A stretch of 63,410 nt of DNA, filler included, from Folioceros fuciformis (GCA_049999805.1; 11 parts of 11 records of this genome joined end to end with filler, not necessarily neighbours in it); one strand, 5' to 3'. Positions 39,288 through 51,100 are shown, numbered from the whole stretch's first letter. Program-made: numbers and translations. The notes: generated by a model not told the origin, from the sequence alone.

Positions 39288-40452
39288 ATGCTTCGTTAAC
39301 TGCCATTTCGCGGCGCACGCCGGGCAGTGCGAGGCCAGGAACGGGAACTTCAGGGAGATCGCGGACCAAATCAGAGTGGGAATCCCCGGGGTGGACATCC
39401 TCAACCAGTTTCATCATGTCTTCTGGCTGGGGGATCTCAACTACCGGCTGGACGTAGAGGGCGAGGACAACGGCAACGGTTCCGGCCACAGCTCCAAACA
39501 CCAGCAGCAGCAGGAGCAGTGGAGGAGCGTGGTGGAGCGCATCCGAAGAGGGCAGTTTGCGGGGCTCCTGCAGCGGGATGAGCTAGGGCGGGAGAAAGCC
39601 GCGTCCAGGGTTTTGCACGGGTTTCGGGAGGGGGAGATAACCTTTCCCCCGACCTTTAAGGTGAAGCGGGACCTGGTGGAGGAGTACCAAGAGAAGCGGG
39701 TGCCTGCGTGGTGCGATAGGATTCTGTGGAAGGATCTTCCAGGCTGCGCTGCGGAGTTGGATTCCTATACCTCGGCTCCGGGAATGCTCACCAGCGACCA
39801 CAAGCCCGTGGCCGCGACATTCCACTTCACGGCCCGGGCCATGCCGTGCGTGAGCCCGTCCGCAAGCAGGCTCCAGGCGGAGCAGGACAGCAGGTGGAAC
39901 ATCCACTTCACGGCGCTGCGGGCGAGGGATCTGCGGCCGGCGGATATCAACGGCTTGTCGGATCCCTACGTCTCGTTCGTCGGGCCCGTGCTGCTGCAGG
40001 AGGTGCACTCCAAGGTGAAGCCGCGGACGCTGAACCCGGTATGGAACCCCGCGCACGACGTGCCTCCGCTCGTGCTCTCGGTCATGACGCTTGAGCGGGT
40101 TAGGATGAATTATTTGCCGGTGCGGGTGCTGGATCGGGATTACACGTCTGCGGATGATCACATTGCGAATGGTGTCATCCCGCTGGCCGGCTTGGTGGAT
40201 GCGTTCGACCGCGGCGTCTTCGCGCAAGAGCAGTACGTGCAGGAGCAGGATGCGGCCACTACCTTTGAGGTGGAGCTTACCTTCAAGGGGCTTCCGGCAG
40301 GGGTGTTGGAGGGCGCCTTCCGACTCTCCTTCCAGCACAGCGACACCAGGAAGAGGAGTCGCATGCGATCCATGCTCGTGGACCGCACGCTAAGCTTCCG
40401 AGACAGCGTCTTCAAGCAGATGCTATCTAGGCGGCATGTGCACGAAGCATGA
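39288..40452 (+). CDS. Inositol polyphosphate 5-phosphatase with C-terminal C2 domain, 5'-truncated, intronless over the visible part
   Basis: CFVNCHFAAH, HHVFWLGDLNYRLD, FPPTFK, VPAWCDRILWK, SDHKPV; then a C2 domain ARDLRPADINGLSDPYVSF..TLNPVWN..VLDRDYTSADDHI. Confidence 0.92.
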
Positions 40453-40550
40453 AAGGCTGTGGGTTCCGCCCTCGTTTACGGAACAGGGTTTTTTTAGTGG
40501 TAGGTACTGGAGTTCCGGGTCGGATTTTGGCTTGGCCGGTCAAGTATCTG

Positions 40551-40715
40551 TCTTCTTTCTCTCTCCCTGGGGTCATCTCTCTTCTTTCTCTCTCCCTGGG
40601 GTCATCTCTCTTCTTTCTCTCTCCCTGGGGTCATCTCTCTTCTTTCTCTCTCCCTGGGGTCATCTCTCTTCTTTCTCTCTCCCTGGGGTCATCTCTCTTC
40701 TTTCTCTCTCCCTGG
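40551..40715. repeat. 29-bp tandem repeat, ~5.7 copies
   Basis: ctggggtcatctctcttctttctctctcc at 40567, 40596, 40625, 40654 and 40683. Confidence 0.95.
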
Positions 40716-40916
40716 CTCATTTCCTTTATGCCCTTCTCCTAGAATCGTGTGCACTTCGTGTAATCTCCTTCTCCGTAAGAAATGGATCTGAGTTGCCACA
40801 GCCGAGCAATCTCTACGATGAATCATTTTCTCAGCCGCACTTTGACCTAGGCCAACCATTCTCACACAATCTATCACATCGGCCTTCCAAAAAATCGCAG
40901 AGGCATTGGATAGCGG

Positions 40917-41215
40917 AAGAATTGGTAATAGCGCAGGGTGCAAGAAGGAATAATAGCAATAACATAGACAAGAAGGAATAACAGGAATAACATAGATAAG
41001 AAGAATTGGTAATAGCGCAGGGTGCAGGAAGGAATAATAGGTAATAGCGCAGGGTGCAGGAAGGAATAATAAGAATAACATAGACAAGAAGGAATAACAG
41101 GAATAACATAGACAAGAAGAATTGGTAATAGCGCAGGGTGCAGGAAGGAATAATAGGAATAACATAGACAAGAAGGAATAACATGAATAACATAGACAAG
41201 AAGGAATAACAAGAA
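40917..41215. repeat. Compound A-rich tandem repeat (~84-bp unit with sub-repeats)
   Basis: Recurring ggtaatagcgcagggtgcaggaaggaataa and aataacatagacaagaagg. Confidence 0.85.
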
Positions 41216-41272
41216 GACAAGAGGGAGGGAGCAAAGAGAGGACCAAAACAGGAGCCTAGTGATGGGCAGCTA

Positions 41273-43284
41273 TTGATCAAGGTGTCATCCGGACTGCTGC
41301 CCTATGCTAGAACAAGTGGGAGGCTCTCTTCACATATTACAAAAAAATCAGCGACTTCCACAAGACCATTTCAAGTGGGAAGGATGGATATTGGGCGATG
41401 GATTCCAAAACCAGAGCAAGCTATTCTCTACTTGCCAATTTCTTTCAAATTGTATAGAATCATGTCGATTCTTGGTGTGGTAAGAGTTGTGTTGTCAATC
41501 CAGAAGGGCTTGTTTTTTACTCATCTAGCATCAATTCAGAGAGTGCTGCAAACCATGAAGAATTACATGGAACTTTTGGTTTGGATGGAACTGACAGACC
41601 GAATGAAATAGACACACCAGATACATATTATGACGTGGAAAATAACGATACAGGTACTTCTCTTGTGAGGGTCTTTCCTAAGAAGAGGGAAAAGGCTTCC
41701 AAAAGTGTTCAATGGTTGCTCCCCATTTTGCAGCAGAAGAATGAGGTGTTGGTGAAATCAATGCACCAAAGACACATGAGAAGGAACGCGTAAGTGACTA
41801 ACTAAATAATGCCCCCTTCCTTGCGCAGAGTGAAAGGAAGCAACGGCCTTGAATCTCGTCTATTCACTCCGCAGTGCTCCACTTACAAATCACTCACTCC
41901 CTCTCACACGACTCAGCAATAGGCTCCAAGTAGCCCGCCGTCCACTGACGTCTCGCAGACCACCTCCTCTAGGTGCTGCTCTTTATTCAAGATACTTACA
42001 AAAGAGTCTAGCTATCTACGCCCCACTAGATACTGCTCTAGACTCAATCTGACAAGCTTACTCTTCAAGCCCTCCACAGCTATGTCTCAAGGCTAGACTT
42101 CTCACTGTCTGCCTCTCTCTCTTTGTCTCTCTGTGTATCTCTGTGTATGTCCTTAAGACCTTAACACTGGCCTATTTGTACTCCACAGCTAAGCCACTGC
42201 CAAAGCTGGGAATGATATACACCACTCATCTCAAAATACTAGTGGTCATTACAACTCCATCCTTCTTAGGAGGTTTTTCCTGGAACACACATCTTGTTTC
42301 CAAAGGCAACAAGAAGCATACTTGCTTCTTCATCAAGATAGCTCTAGATTTAACTTTCACGTTTCTACTTTTAACTTTCACCTTATTTCACTTGTGCCAT
42401 ACTCTCTCTCCCACTAGGAAGGTGTCACTGTCCTCAATGACTTGCAGTATAACGTGAGATCATCCATGATCCTTGTTGCACATCTTAAAGTGAAACCCAA
42501 ACAAGATCTGCAAAATCACGAAGCCTTACTAGATACTCTAGAACATTACTACGGACAGAAGGCACTTCTCTTTCTGCTAGGAATTCTACAATCTCCTGCA
42601 GACTATGGTTATATTGAACCAGGATAACATAGTCTTTCATGTTCATGTCTTCATTCTCTTTCGAAATCACAAACAGTTTTAGCAAAGAGACATGAAACAC
42701 ATCATGAGAGAATATCCAATTAGGCAGTTGTAGTTTGTAAGCAACATTCCCAATGCGCTTCAGAATGACAAAAGGACCTCCATACTTAGGCCTTAACTTT
42801 GGGGACTGTCCTTGAGGTACTGGGAAGTGCTTCAACTTTACCCAAACCTTGTCACCCACTTGAAATTCTACCTCTTTCCTGTGCCTATCAGCAAACTTCT
42901 TTTGCCTATCTTGAGCTTTGGCCAAAATGCTCTTAGCAATTTCATGCCTGGCCCTCAACTACTCAATAAAGTCATGCGGTTCTCTTGCTGCTATCTCAAA
43001 CACGCTAGCATTCAGCATGGAAACTACGTCCATTGCTTCGTTACCTATCACCTGGAAAGGTGTATAGCCTGTGGAGCTATGTATCGTATTGTTATAACAG
43101 AACTCTGCATCCTCAAGATGATTTCAAGATGAAGAGACATAGTGAGATGCTAGAATTGGAAATTAAGAAACTGGAAAAGTCTAAACAACTAGCAACAGGT
43201 AACAATAATGCTATGGCCAGTATAGGAGATAGCTTAAGATACTTAGGAGAATCCATAGTTAAAGCAACACAGAAACAGAACTAG
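41273..43284 (+). pseudogene. PIF/Harbinger ORF1-type Myb/SANT (trihelix) DNA-binding protein, decayed and split by a gypsy remnant
   Basis: Frame from 41281 reads GVIRTAALC*NKWEALFTYYKKISDFHK..GYWAMDSKTR (trihelix helix 3 plus tail) to 41793. A coiled-coil C-terminus resumes at ~43100-43284 (LELEIKKLEKSK..LGESIVK), convergent with the transposase. Confidence 0.7.
41810..42960 (-). mobile_element. Chromovirus (Ty3/gypsy) 3' remnant: integrase C-terminus + chromodomain, PPT, 3' LTR (~41810-42399)
   Basis: FQVGDKVW..PKLRPKYGGPF..VAYKLQLP..HDVFHVSLLK; chromo-like EYLVR..VWVS. Minus strand GGGAGAGAGAGTA|TGGCAC at 42412-42394. The distal LTR end is approximate. Confidence 0.8.
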
Positions 43285-43289
43285 CTAGC

Positions 43290-44666
43290 TAGACCAAAAC
43301 TCTAGTAGCTATGCCGCCTACCCCTCTCATGATGTGGGGTAGCATTCCACACATGTTCAATTAAGACTCGCCACATTTTGTGTGATTCTACAACATTGTC
43401 TGCAACCAAACCTGGTGCTTGCACAAGGTCATCATTTCAAGAGTGTGAGTATCCCTCGTACAGTCTTGAATCCACACGGTCACCGCAATCTACAGCAATG
43501 TTATGTAAGATACAACAAGCATATGTAATCTTGGCAAAGTTTTCAACCTTCATCCTCCATGTCTTGCACAACACATTTTAGGTCTCCAAAGGCACATTCT
43601 TTGACTATCCTACTTGAGGACTGCTTGTAATTAAATAGATAACACTTTGTATCCAATCCTCTTTCTCGTACTAGTGTGATCAACCAGGGCATATCAAGGT
43701 AGCCAGCATCTTCTAACAGAAATTCATGCACAAACCCACCTGGCAAAAGAATTGGAGGCCCATGCAATCTTGTACCTGAAAAGACAGCCTTGTAAAAGCT
43801 AGCGTTCCTGAAAATTCGAGCATCATTCGCACTACCTGGCCAGCCAGTTACGATATCCAAAAACTGCCTGTCAGGCCCTACAATGGCTTGCATAGCCATA
43901 ATGTACTTGCTGTATCTTCCATACCAATCTTTGGCAAATTCTTGAGCTCCAAGTTCCACGTTGAAGTGAGTAGCATCGATGGCTCCACAGCAGTTTGGAA
44001 TTCCATGCATCCTAAGAAACCCTTCTTTGACCAAAGTCAGACCTTGGTCACTAGGCCATGCCAAGTGGACTTTACCACAAATGAGAAGGGCTCTCACAAA
44101 TCTCATGCAAACATTGTGAATAGTGTTAGTGCCAAGATCAAACAATTCACCCAAACTGAAGTAACCATCTCCAGTTGCCAATCTCCGTAAAGCCACAGCA
44201 ACCTATTTATCAATATCCAAGGCTTTATTGGGTATGCTGTCAAACCCATCAACCCGTTGGGTGAGCATCTTAGGACTTACCAATCCATAGATGTATGAGA
44301 ATGAGCTTGGCTTGAATCGGAAAAACCACTTGAATCTAGCTTCATCTTAACAACAACACCTTTATACAAAAGCCAAAAATCCTTGACACAAGGCTTGATG
44401 AAGTAGGCACCGTACTGTAATCCATTCCACAAGCTTGGAGGGATTCTATGGAAGGAGGCAAGAAGCGCTATGTAGCCATTCAGTCCAAGGATTGCTGTTT
44501 GAAGCTCCAAATTCGTGATCTCCAATTGTCGGGATAGTAAATTGGATGTAGCCTAAGTAGTATCACCCAAATATGGAAGGCACTTTGGATCTCCAAGCAT
44601 AGTTACGAGTGCGGCTATAACATTGACCAAGAATGACAATATTATTTCCAGCATAGATGCGTCCAT
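43290..44666 (-). mobile_element. PIF/Harbinger DDE transposase (HARBI1/ALP1-like), decayed
   Basis: ATG 44666; FKWFFRF..FSYIYGLV; VAVALRRLATG; IPNCCGAIDATH; GWPGSANDARIF; DAGY; FNYKQSSSRIVKECAFGDLK. Contains stops and frameshifts. Confidence 0.9.
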
Positions 44667-44969
44667 AGCTCGGTGATCTTACACCTTCATGGACACAAAC
44701 AGAAAGATGCCTCACATCTCAAAAACTAGCTATTCTGGTTGACCTACTAAAAGACCGGCATCTGGCATTTAAGACATGTATCCGAATATTCTTTTTGCTG
44801 CAAAGGTCAATAAAACCAAAATTAATGAAATAAACAGTTTGAGTCTTGTACGCAAAACTTGGTATTTCGCAACCCTAAACATATGGTGCGCCGGTCAACC
44901 AGTGCACAATCTTTTCAAAGTACTTCAAGTTCAAGTTCATAACGAGCTCAAATGAAGTCAAGTTTATTG

Positions 44970-46225
44970 TCAAACAAAAATAGGGTCGTCCTGGTTGGCT
45001 TCGGAGTCCACAACTACATCTAAATCTCTCAGCCGTTGTGCATCTGTATCGCCAAAGTCATTGGCATCAACTCGTAGCACCAAGAAGTTGGGGTCCTCTG
45101 TGGTTTGGGGCGGCAAAGTACAATTCTCATCCCAGACAGTGATGGCGTAAAGGTCTTCCGTAGGCCTATCATCAATCTGGGATATGACCTCTCCTTTCTT
45201 GCCCAACATACTGAACACCATCAGTTTGCGGTCCACGCTCCCATCACCGCACACTTCCTGTGCCCAAAACTTTGATGGGCCTCACGTAAACGACTCTGTC
45301 GTAATCTCCTCATCTGCGTGAGGCAAAGGCCCTAGCCCGATAATCCGCTGCATAATATATGAAGTGCACTTGACATCCACATCAATAGCCACCGCATGCC
45401 TTCCATGCTGAACTACACTTTGGAGAAGAGATCCCGAGCTTGCGCGCCATGCATCAACCACCCAGCCCCCTCACAAGAAAACATATTAATTAGCATACTC
45501 ATAAACCCTAATGGTTTTTGGTAAGGGGAGACGACATGCGCATCTGCTGAATGAAAAAGGTGCTTCTTCACCACCGCTGCATGTCTTATAACCCTTGGGA
45601 GCAAAAATCCATGATTCACAAAAAGTACAGCCTTCGATTCTTGGGCCTTTGTTTGAATTGCACTCCCAACAGTGACATATTCAACTATTTCCACTACCCT
45701 TGCGTTTGGGGGTATGTTCGTCTTCTCCCATACCAGTGTCTGAATGCTCCCCTTCTTGCACCATGGCTGCAGTGCCTCCCTTGCTTTCGAAATCATATCT
45801 ACTCCGTGCATTAGAATAACTCTAAAAATATTGCTCGAAGTGCATTCACTGACCCCTCGGAGCATTTCATCTAACTCGGCTACCTTCATTTGCTTGTCAT
45901 ACTCATGCTGTTGCAATCCCCGAGGCTGGTCTGCAAATAGCAGCGTATAGGGGCATTTAACAAGAAATGCCTTCATTTCCAGTACATTTCTTTGAATAAC
46001 CTGGTATTTTACCTTTGACTTACTCGCCGGAACCCGAAAATCCGATAGCCCTACGTCCATATCGGCTGCCGCCAGCTTATGCTTCTCCTCTTCCATCCTT
46101 TTCCATTTTTTCGCCGAATATACAAAATCCTAGAATGGCTTCGGCAGTGACTCCAAGTCTGCTATCTTTGAAGGTTTCTACAACCAGAATTGTACACATT
46201 AGTCTGGCTACCGATAAAGCTACTT
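44970..46225 (-). pseudogene. Beta-class amino (N6-adenine/N4-cytosine) DNA methyltransferase-like pseudogene
   Basis: Catalytic-motif-IV-like LLFADQPRG, then W.KTN..EY, then HVVSPYQKPLGFMSMLINMFS. After a frameshift at ~45467: WVVDAWRASSGSLL..GRHAVAIDVD (SAM-binding motifs I-II). One in-frame TGA (45282) links to a C-terminal ORF ending at 44970. Confidence 0.75.
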
Positions 46226-46242
46226 AAACATGAGTAGACATG

Positions 46243-46355
46243 AGTGCGCCGGTACACCGGCGCACTGATGCGCGCGAAACGTCGACAATGCACCGGTAGA
46301 CCGGTGCACTCATGCGCGCGAAATGTTGGCAGTGCGCGGGTAGACCAACGCACTG
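46243..46355. repeat. Three tandem (~44-bp period) GC-rich palindromes; a fourth copy at 44886-44907
   Basis: agtgcgccggt-ac-accggcgcact (perfect), tgcaccggt-ag-accggtgca (perfect), cagtgcgcgggt-ag-accaacgcactg (degenerate); gtgcgccggt-ca-accagtgcac at 44886. Confidence 0.9.
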
Positions 46356-46369
46356 GAGCCCGCTCGGAG

Positions 46370-47142
46370 GGAGCAAAAAACAAAGGATAGTTGCGGACAA
46401 TGTCGTTGAATATCATTTGGCACAAATCAAATCAAAACTGGAGATGCGATTACGACAACACTTAGGACCAGGCGAGAACTTGTGGTGGGATGGGTTTTGG
46501 GCAGAGCAAGAGGCTATCATGCATTCTATAAACTCTGGTGTAGACAGAGACCTTGATTCTCCTTGGTGGTGGTATAATCGGGAGGCGGCAGAATTATTGA
46601 ACACACCCGTAAATGTACCAGACGCAATCGTTGTTCACAATCCACGCATCCGCGAGCTTCCCAGAAGAAACATGTATGTGGGGGCATACTGTAGGGAGAC
46701 AGACCTCAATGACGACAGCGAAAGTTTGCACGGGGATATAACCGAAATAGAAAAAGGGCTTATGATTGCAGTCCCTTGTAAGACTGACGAAGACAATATT
46801 AGATTGGATTGCCGTTTTGGATTGCCAAAGTCTTAGAGGCAGATATTACATGCGAAAAACCATATGTCAAAGTGCACTAGTGGGTAACCAAATGTTCAGA
46901 TGCTTTTGAGGGTCGTTACCAAGAAGAGATGATTTTACCACATGAAGCTCCGCCAAGAGGGTTACGTGGCGGTCGCAGACACAAGTCAAGCAGAAGACTT
47001 CGGAAGCATATAGATACATTATTCATTGAAGACACTTTTATTCTAGCATATGGATTTGACTTGACACGCCAAAAACAGCTTCCCTCCCGAACGAGGACTC
47101 TTATTTGCAGAAACCTATATGTCCTCAATCGCGACCAGGATA
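46370..47142 (+). pseudogene. 5'-truncated TE-like ORF, probably the C-terminal region of a DNA-transposon protein
   Basis: Continuous across a frameshift at ~46800 and one TAG: ..MIAVPC..GLPFWIAKVL..VKVH*W..FEGRYQEEM..ILAYGFDLTRQKQLPSRT. Family assignment is from motif resemblance only. Confidence 0.5.
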
Positions 47143-47369
47143 NNNNNNNNNNNNNNNNNNNNNNNNNNNNNNNNNNNNNNNNNNNNTTAATTAATTAANN
47201 NNNNNNNNNNNNNNNNNNNNNNNNNNNNNNNNNNNNNNNNNNATATATATATATATATATATATAAAAGTCTCATCATTCTATGTACCTTGTTCGAATAT
47301 CATATTTAAAATTATTTTAGCATATTTTATTTTAAACTTAAACATTTAAATGGATATTACTAGGAGTTT

Positions 47370-47800
47370 TTCTTATTTATTTTTAGAAAAACAAGATGAT
47401 GATACTTATCTACCCTTAAAAAGGCAAGACAAGTCATCAAAGATGACCGGGACATTGGCGACTAACCTCCTTGGAGCCGTAAAACCTAATAACTATGAAT
47501 AGCACATAGTTGGGAAGGAGGAAGGGTCTACCTACTTCTAGAGTCATTAACATCTTCTCTCCTACCACAGTCATCATCTTGTGTATGGCATTAGCCAACA
47601 CTTGTTGTAGTGCAATGAAAACTCTCTGCTGAAAGAACCTACAATACATGAAAGACGAAGACTAAGCCCATTTTCTTAAGAACTGCCTACATGCAAGTCT
47701 TTTAAGAACTTGGAAAATGCCTTGCACATAGCCATGTGGGTCTTAATGATAAGGGGATAAAGGTGTGTCCAGCCTACAAAAGGGTTGTACTTATAAATCC
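47370..47800 (-). mobile_element. 3' remnant of a CRE-like (RLE endonuclease) non-LTR retrotransposon
   Basis: GHTFIPLIIKTH..FSKFLKD..FFQQRVFIALQQVLANAI followed by an A-rich tail; homologous to 59258-59482. Confidence 0.6.
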
Positions 47801-48199
47801 TAGCCAATGCCCTCACCCTTTATTGCCGGACCGGGGAGTTGAGTTCAACATGCTCGTACATCGAAACCCATGAAAGGTCTATTACGACCACGTTGGCAAC
47901 AAAAACATGTTGTTCTCCCTAGATGAGGAAAGGTCAACTCGAAGAGAACTACTATTAAGTAGCGTATATAAAGGAATTAATGGGGTTAGTTATAATTTTA
48001 AAATCAGTTACATTCACAATAATTATTCAGACCAATATAAGTGACACTTTCTAAATAAAGTAAAGTAATCGTTTTTCATTCTTCATCTACCTACTTTCCT
48101 TAAGTATAAGTGTATCTTATTTGCTTGAGTATGGGCGCTCCCTGAAAGGTAGAAAACCTGCCTCCTTAGCCAACAAAAACATGACATCACACACAATAT

Positions 48200-51100
48200 T
48201 GAATGAGCACAAGATAGCATTCAGAACCTGCCATGGCCACTATGAGTGGGTGGTTATGCCCATGGGGCTCACCAACGCACCAGCAACCTTCCAGTGCGTG
48301 ATGCAGGACATTCTCTGGCTGTTGTTGGGGCAAGGCGTAGAAGTGTTCCTCGACGACATCCTGATCCATTCTGCAGATGCAGAGACCCACATCAACCTGG
48401 TTAGAGCTGTCCTATTACTCCTGCGAAAGCACCACATGTTAGCCGGGAGGAGCAAGTGCACCTTCATGTGCAAGGAAGTGGACTACCTAGGACACATCGT
48501 CACGAGGGATGGCATTAGGATGGACCCCCGCAAGGTCCAAGCAGTCACAACATGGCCATTACCCACAGACATCACCCAGCTCAGAGGGTTCCTGAGACTT
48601 GCAGGATTTTACCGCTGATTTATCTAGGGGTTTAGTAAGATTGCCTTACCCCTGACCGACACCCTGAAACAATCCCCCAGCAAATCTTTCAATCTGGATG
48701 CAGCAGCACAGCTAGCCTTCACCCAACTGAAACAGGCTCTGAGCTCAGGGCCAGTTTTGGCGGTGGCAGATCCCAAGGGGATCTATCATGTGCACACAGA
48801 TGCATCAGATCTTGCCCTTGGGGTTGTTCTGTCCCAGGAGAGACGAGCGATTGCCTACGAGTCCCACAAGCTCCAAGGAGCACAAGTTAATTACCCAGTT
48901 CATGACAAAGAAATGCTTGCCATCATCCATGCACTCAAGGTCTGGAGACATTACCCACTGGGACAGAGGTTCACAGTGCATACGGATCACCATTCCCTCC
49001 AGCATTTCTTCACCCAACCCAACTTGCATGCACGACAGCGGAGGTGGTCAGAATACTTAGCTGATTTTAACTTTGAGATTAAGTACATCACTGGAACCTC
49101 TAGCTCGGTAGCAGATGCCCTCAGCAGGCGAGCTCTCACTTTGATGACCTGTCAACTAGATACCATCAAGCTCGTCTGAGCAGCCATCCTAGGAGATCCA
49201 CACCTGCAGCAGATCTACTAGCAGTTAGTACAAGACACAGCAGAAGGCATTCCCACAGCTTTGATGTAGACTTACCAACTCAAAGACGCTTGTGTGTACA
49301 AGAAGGGTCGACTGGTGATTCCTCAACAGCTGAAGGAGACCCAGAGAGGGATCCTGCACGATCTGCACGACTCTCCCATCTCTGGACACCTAGGTATCGA
49401 CAAAATCTATGAGCGGGTGAAAACCCATTTCCACTGGGAGGGCCTGCGAAATGATTGCATACAGTGGGTCGGAAGCTACACCTCCTGTCAACAGACAATA
49501 CCATAGCATCAGAAAACACCAGGGTTGTTGTTACCTTTACAAATACCTGAGGGAAGATTCTAGTCCATCTCCATGGACTTTGTGACTGCCCTTCCCCGCA
49601 CTCGTACAGGAAAGGACAGCATATGGGTAATTATGGACAGAATATCCAAGTGCTGCCATTTCATTCCAGTCAATTCCAACGTTACAGCTCCACGATTGGC
49701 CAACATATTCACAAAAGAGATCTTCAGGCTTCACGGGTGCCCCCAGAATATTGTCTCAGACCGGGACCCCAAGTTTATAGTCTGGTTCTGGCAATCCTTC
49801 ATTGAAACCCTAGGCATCCGACAAAGCTTGTCCTCCACATGCCACCCCGAGTCAGATGGTCAGACAAAGCGTCAAATCCAAGTGCTTGAAGACATGATGC
49901 AGCATTACACACAAGACAAGCAAGGCAAGTGGGAGGAACTCTTACCCCTCCTCGAGTTTGCCTACAATAGCTCCAAGCACGCCGCCATAGGAGTATCCCC
50001 CTTCAAATTGCTGTATGGCGAGAATCCATCACCACCCGGACTCTGGCCAGTCAGCGACGCCAAGTGGAGAAGTGCAGCCGAGGTTGCAGAGGACATTTGG
50101 CATGAGGTCTACAAGGCCAAGCAGAATCTCCTGTCAGCTCAAGACCGGGCCAAGAAATCGAGCAACAAGCACAGGCAGGAAATCTCCTACAGCATCGGAC
50201 AGCTAGTGTGGTTGCGAATCCGCCCTCACAGGTATCTGTCACTTCTCCAGCAAAAACACAAGTTGGCATATCGATTGCAGGACCCTTCAAGATCTTGTGC
50301 AAGGTCAACGAAGTTGCCTACACACTGGAGTTGCCTACTGGGTGGCGCATGTGTCACACCTTCCATGTGAGTATGCTGAAGCCAGTGATCCAGAGACCGA
50401 CCCAACTCGACCCGCCGCCACCTACAGACCCCGCCACTCAAGACAGTCTAGAAGCCCTAACCGCCACGGACAATCTTGCTACCCCACTAGCGTAGGACAA
50501 CTCTCCAAGCTCTCCTACCACAACCAACCCGACCACCAGACCCCCGGTATCAGTTACACCCCCTCAACCAGAAAGCACGACACGGAAGCGGAACAGATCA
50601 CCCCGCCATCCCCAGCTCGCCAACCTTGTCCAGCCCGACAGAATCCTAGAGGTACGCACCCGTGACCTCATAAACCAATCTGTCCGTGATTACTTGGTTG
50701 GATGGAGCCAAGAACCAGACTCTTCTGCCACTTGGGAGCCAGAAGATGTTTGCAGACAATTTCCCCACCTCAGCCAGTAGCTGGAGGGCCTGGAGGACCA
50801 GGCCTCTTGCAGTGGGGGAGAATGTCACGATCGCCAGGAGCTGGAACGCCCGTAACGATCACCAGCAAGGAGAACGACACTGCAGAGATGGCTGGAACCT
50901 GCTAGGTCTAAGGCACCAGATAGGGTACCCACAAAAATCCCGATTTTCGATTATGACAATGTGAACCCGAACGGGTATGAGAAAAGGCATGCTAGATAAA
51001 GTATACTTAGATGAGCTATTTGTAAGCGTTACCTAAGCTAGGGTAATTAGAATAATTAGGATAGTTGCCAATTTACCTTAGGAAGTAGTTAGAGTCCGTT

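Noticed and set aside
39583-40338. 251-aa minus-strand ORF
   Set aside because: Shadow of the GC-rich phosphatase gene; no motifs.
40551-41280. ORFs over the 29-bp and ~84-bp repeats, and CRISPR-like appearance
   Set aside because: Head-to-tail tandem repeats without spacers; the repetitive peptides are translation artefacts.
46243-46355. Palindromic repeats as a CRISPR array
   Set aside because: The intervening sequences are near-identical (atgcgcgcgaaa..) rather than unique spacers, there are only three units, no cas genes are present, and the context is eukaryotic.
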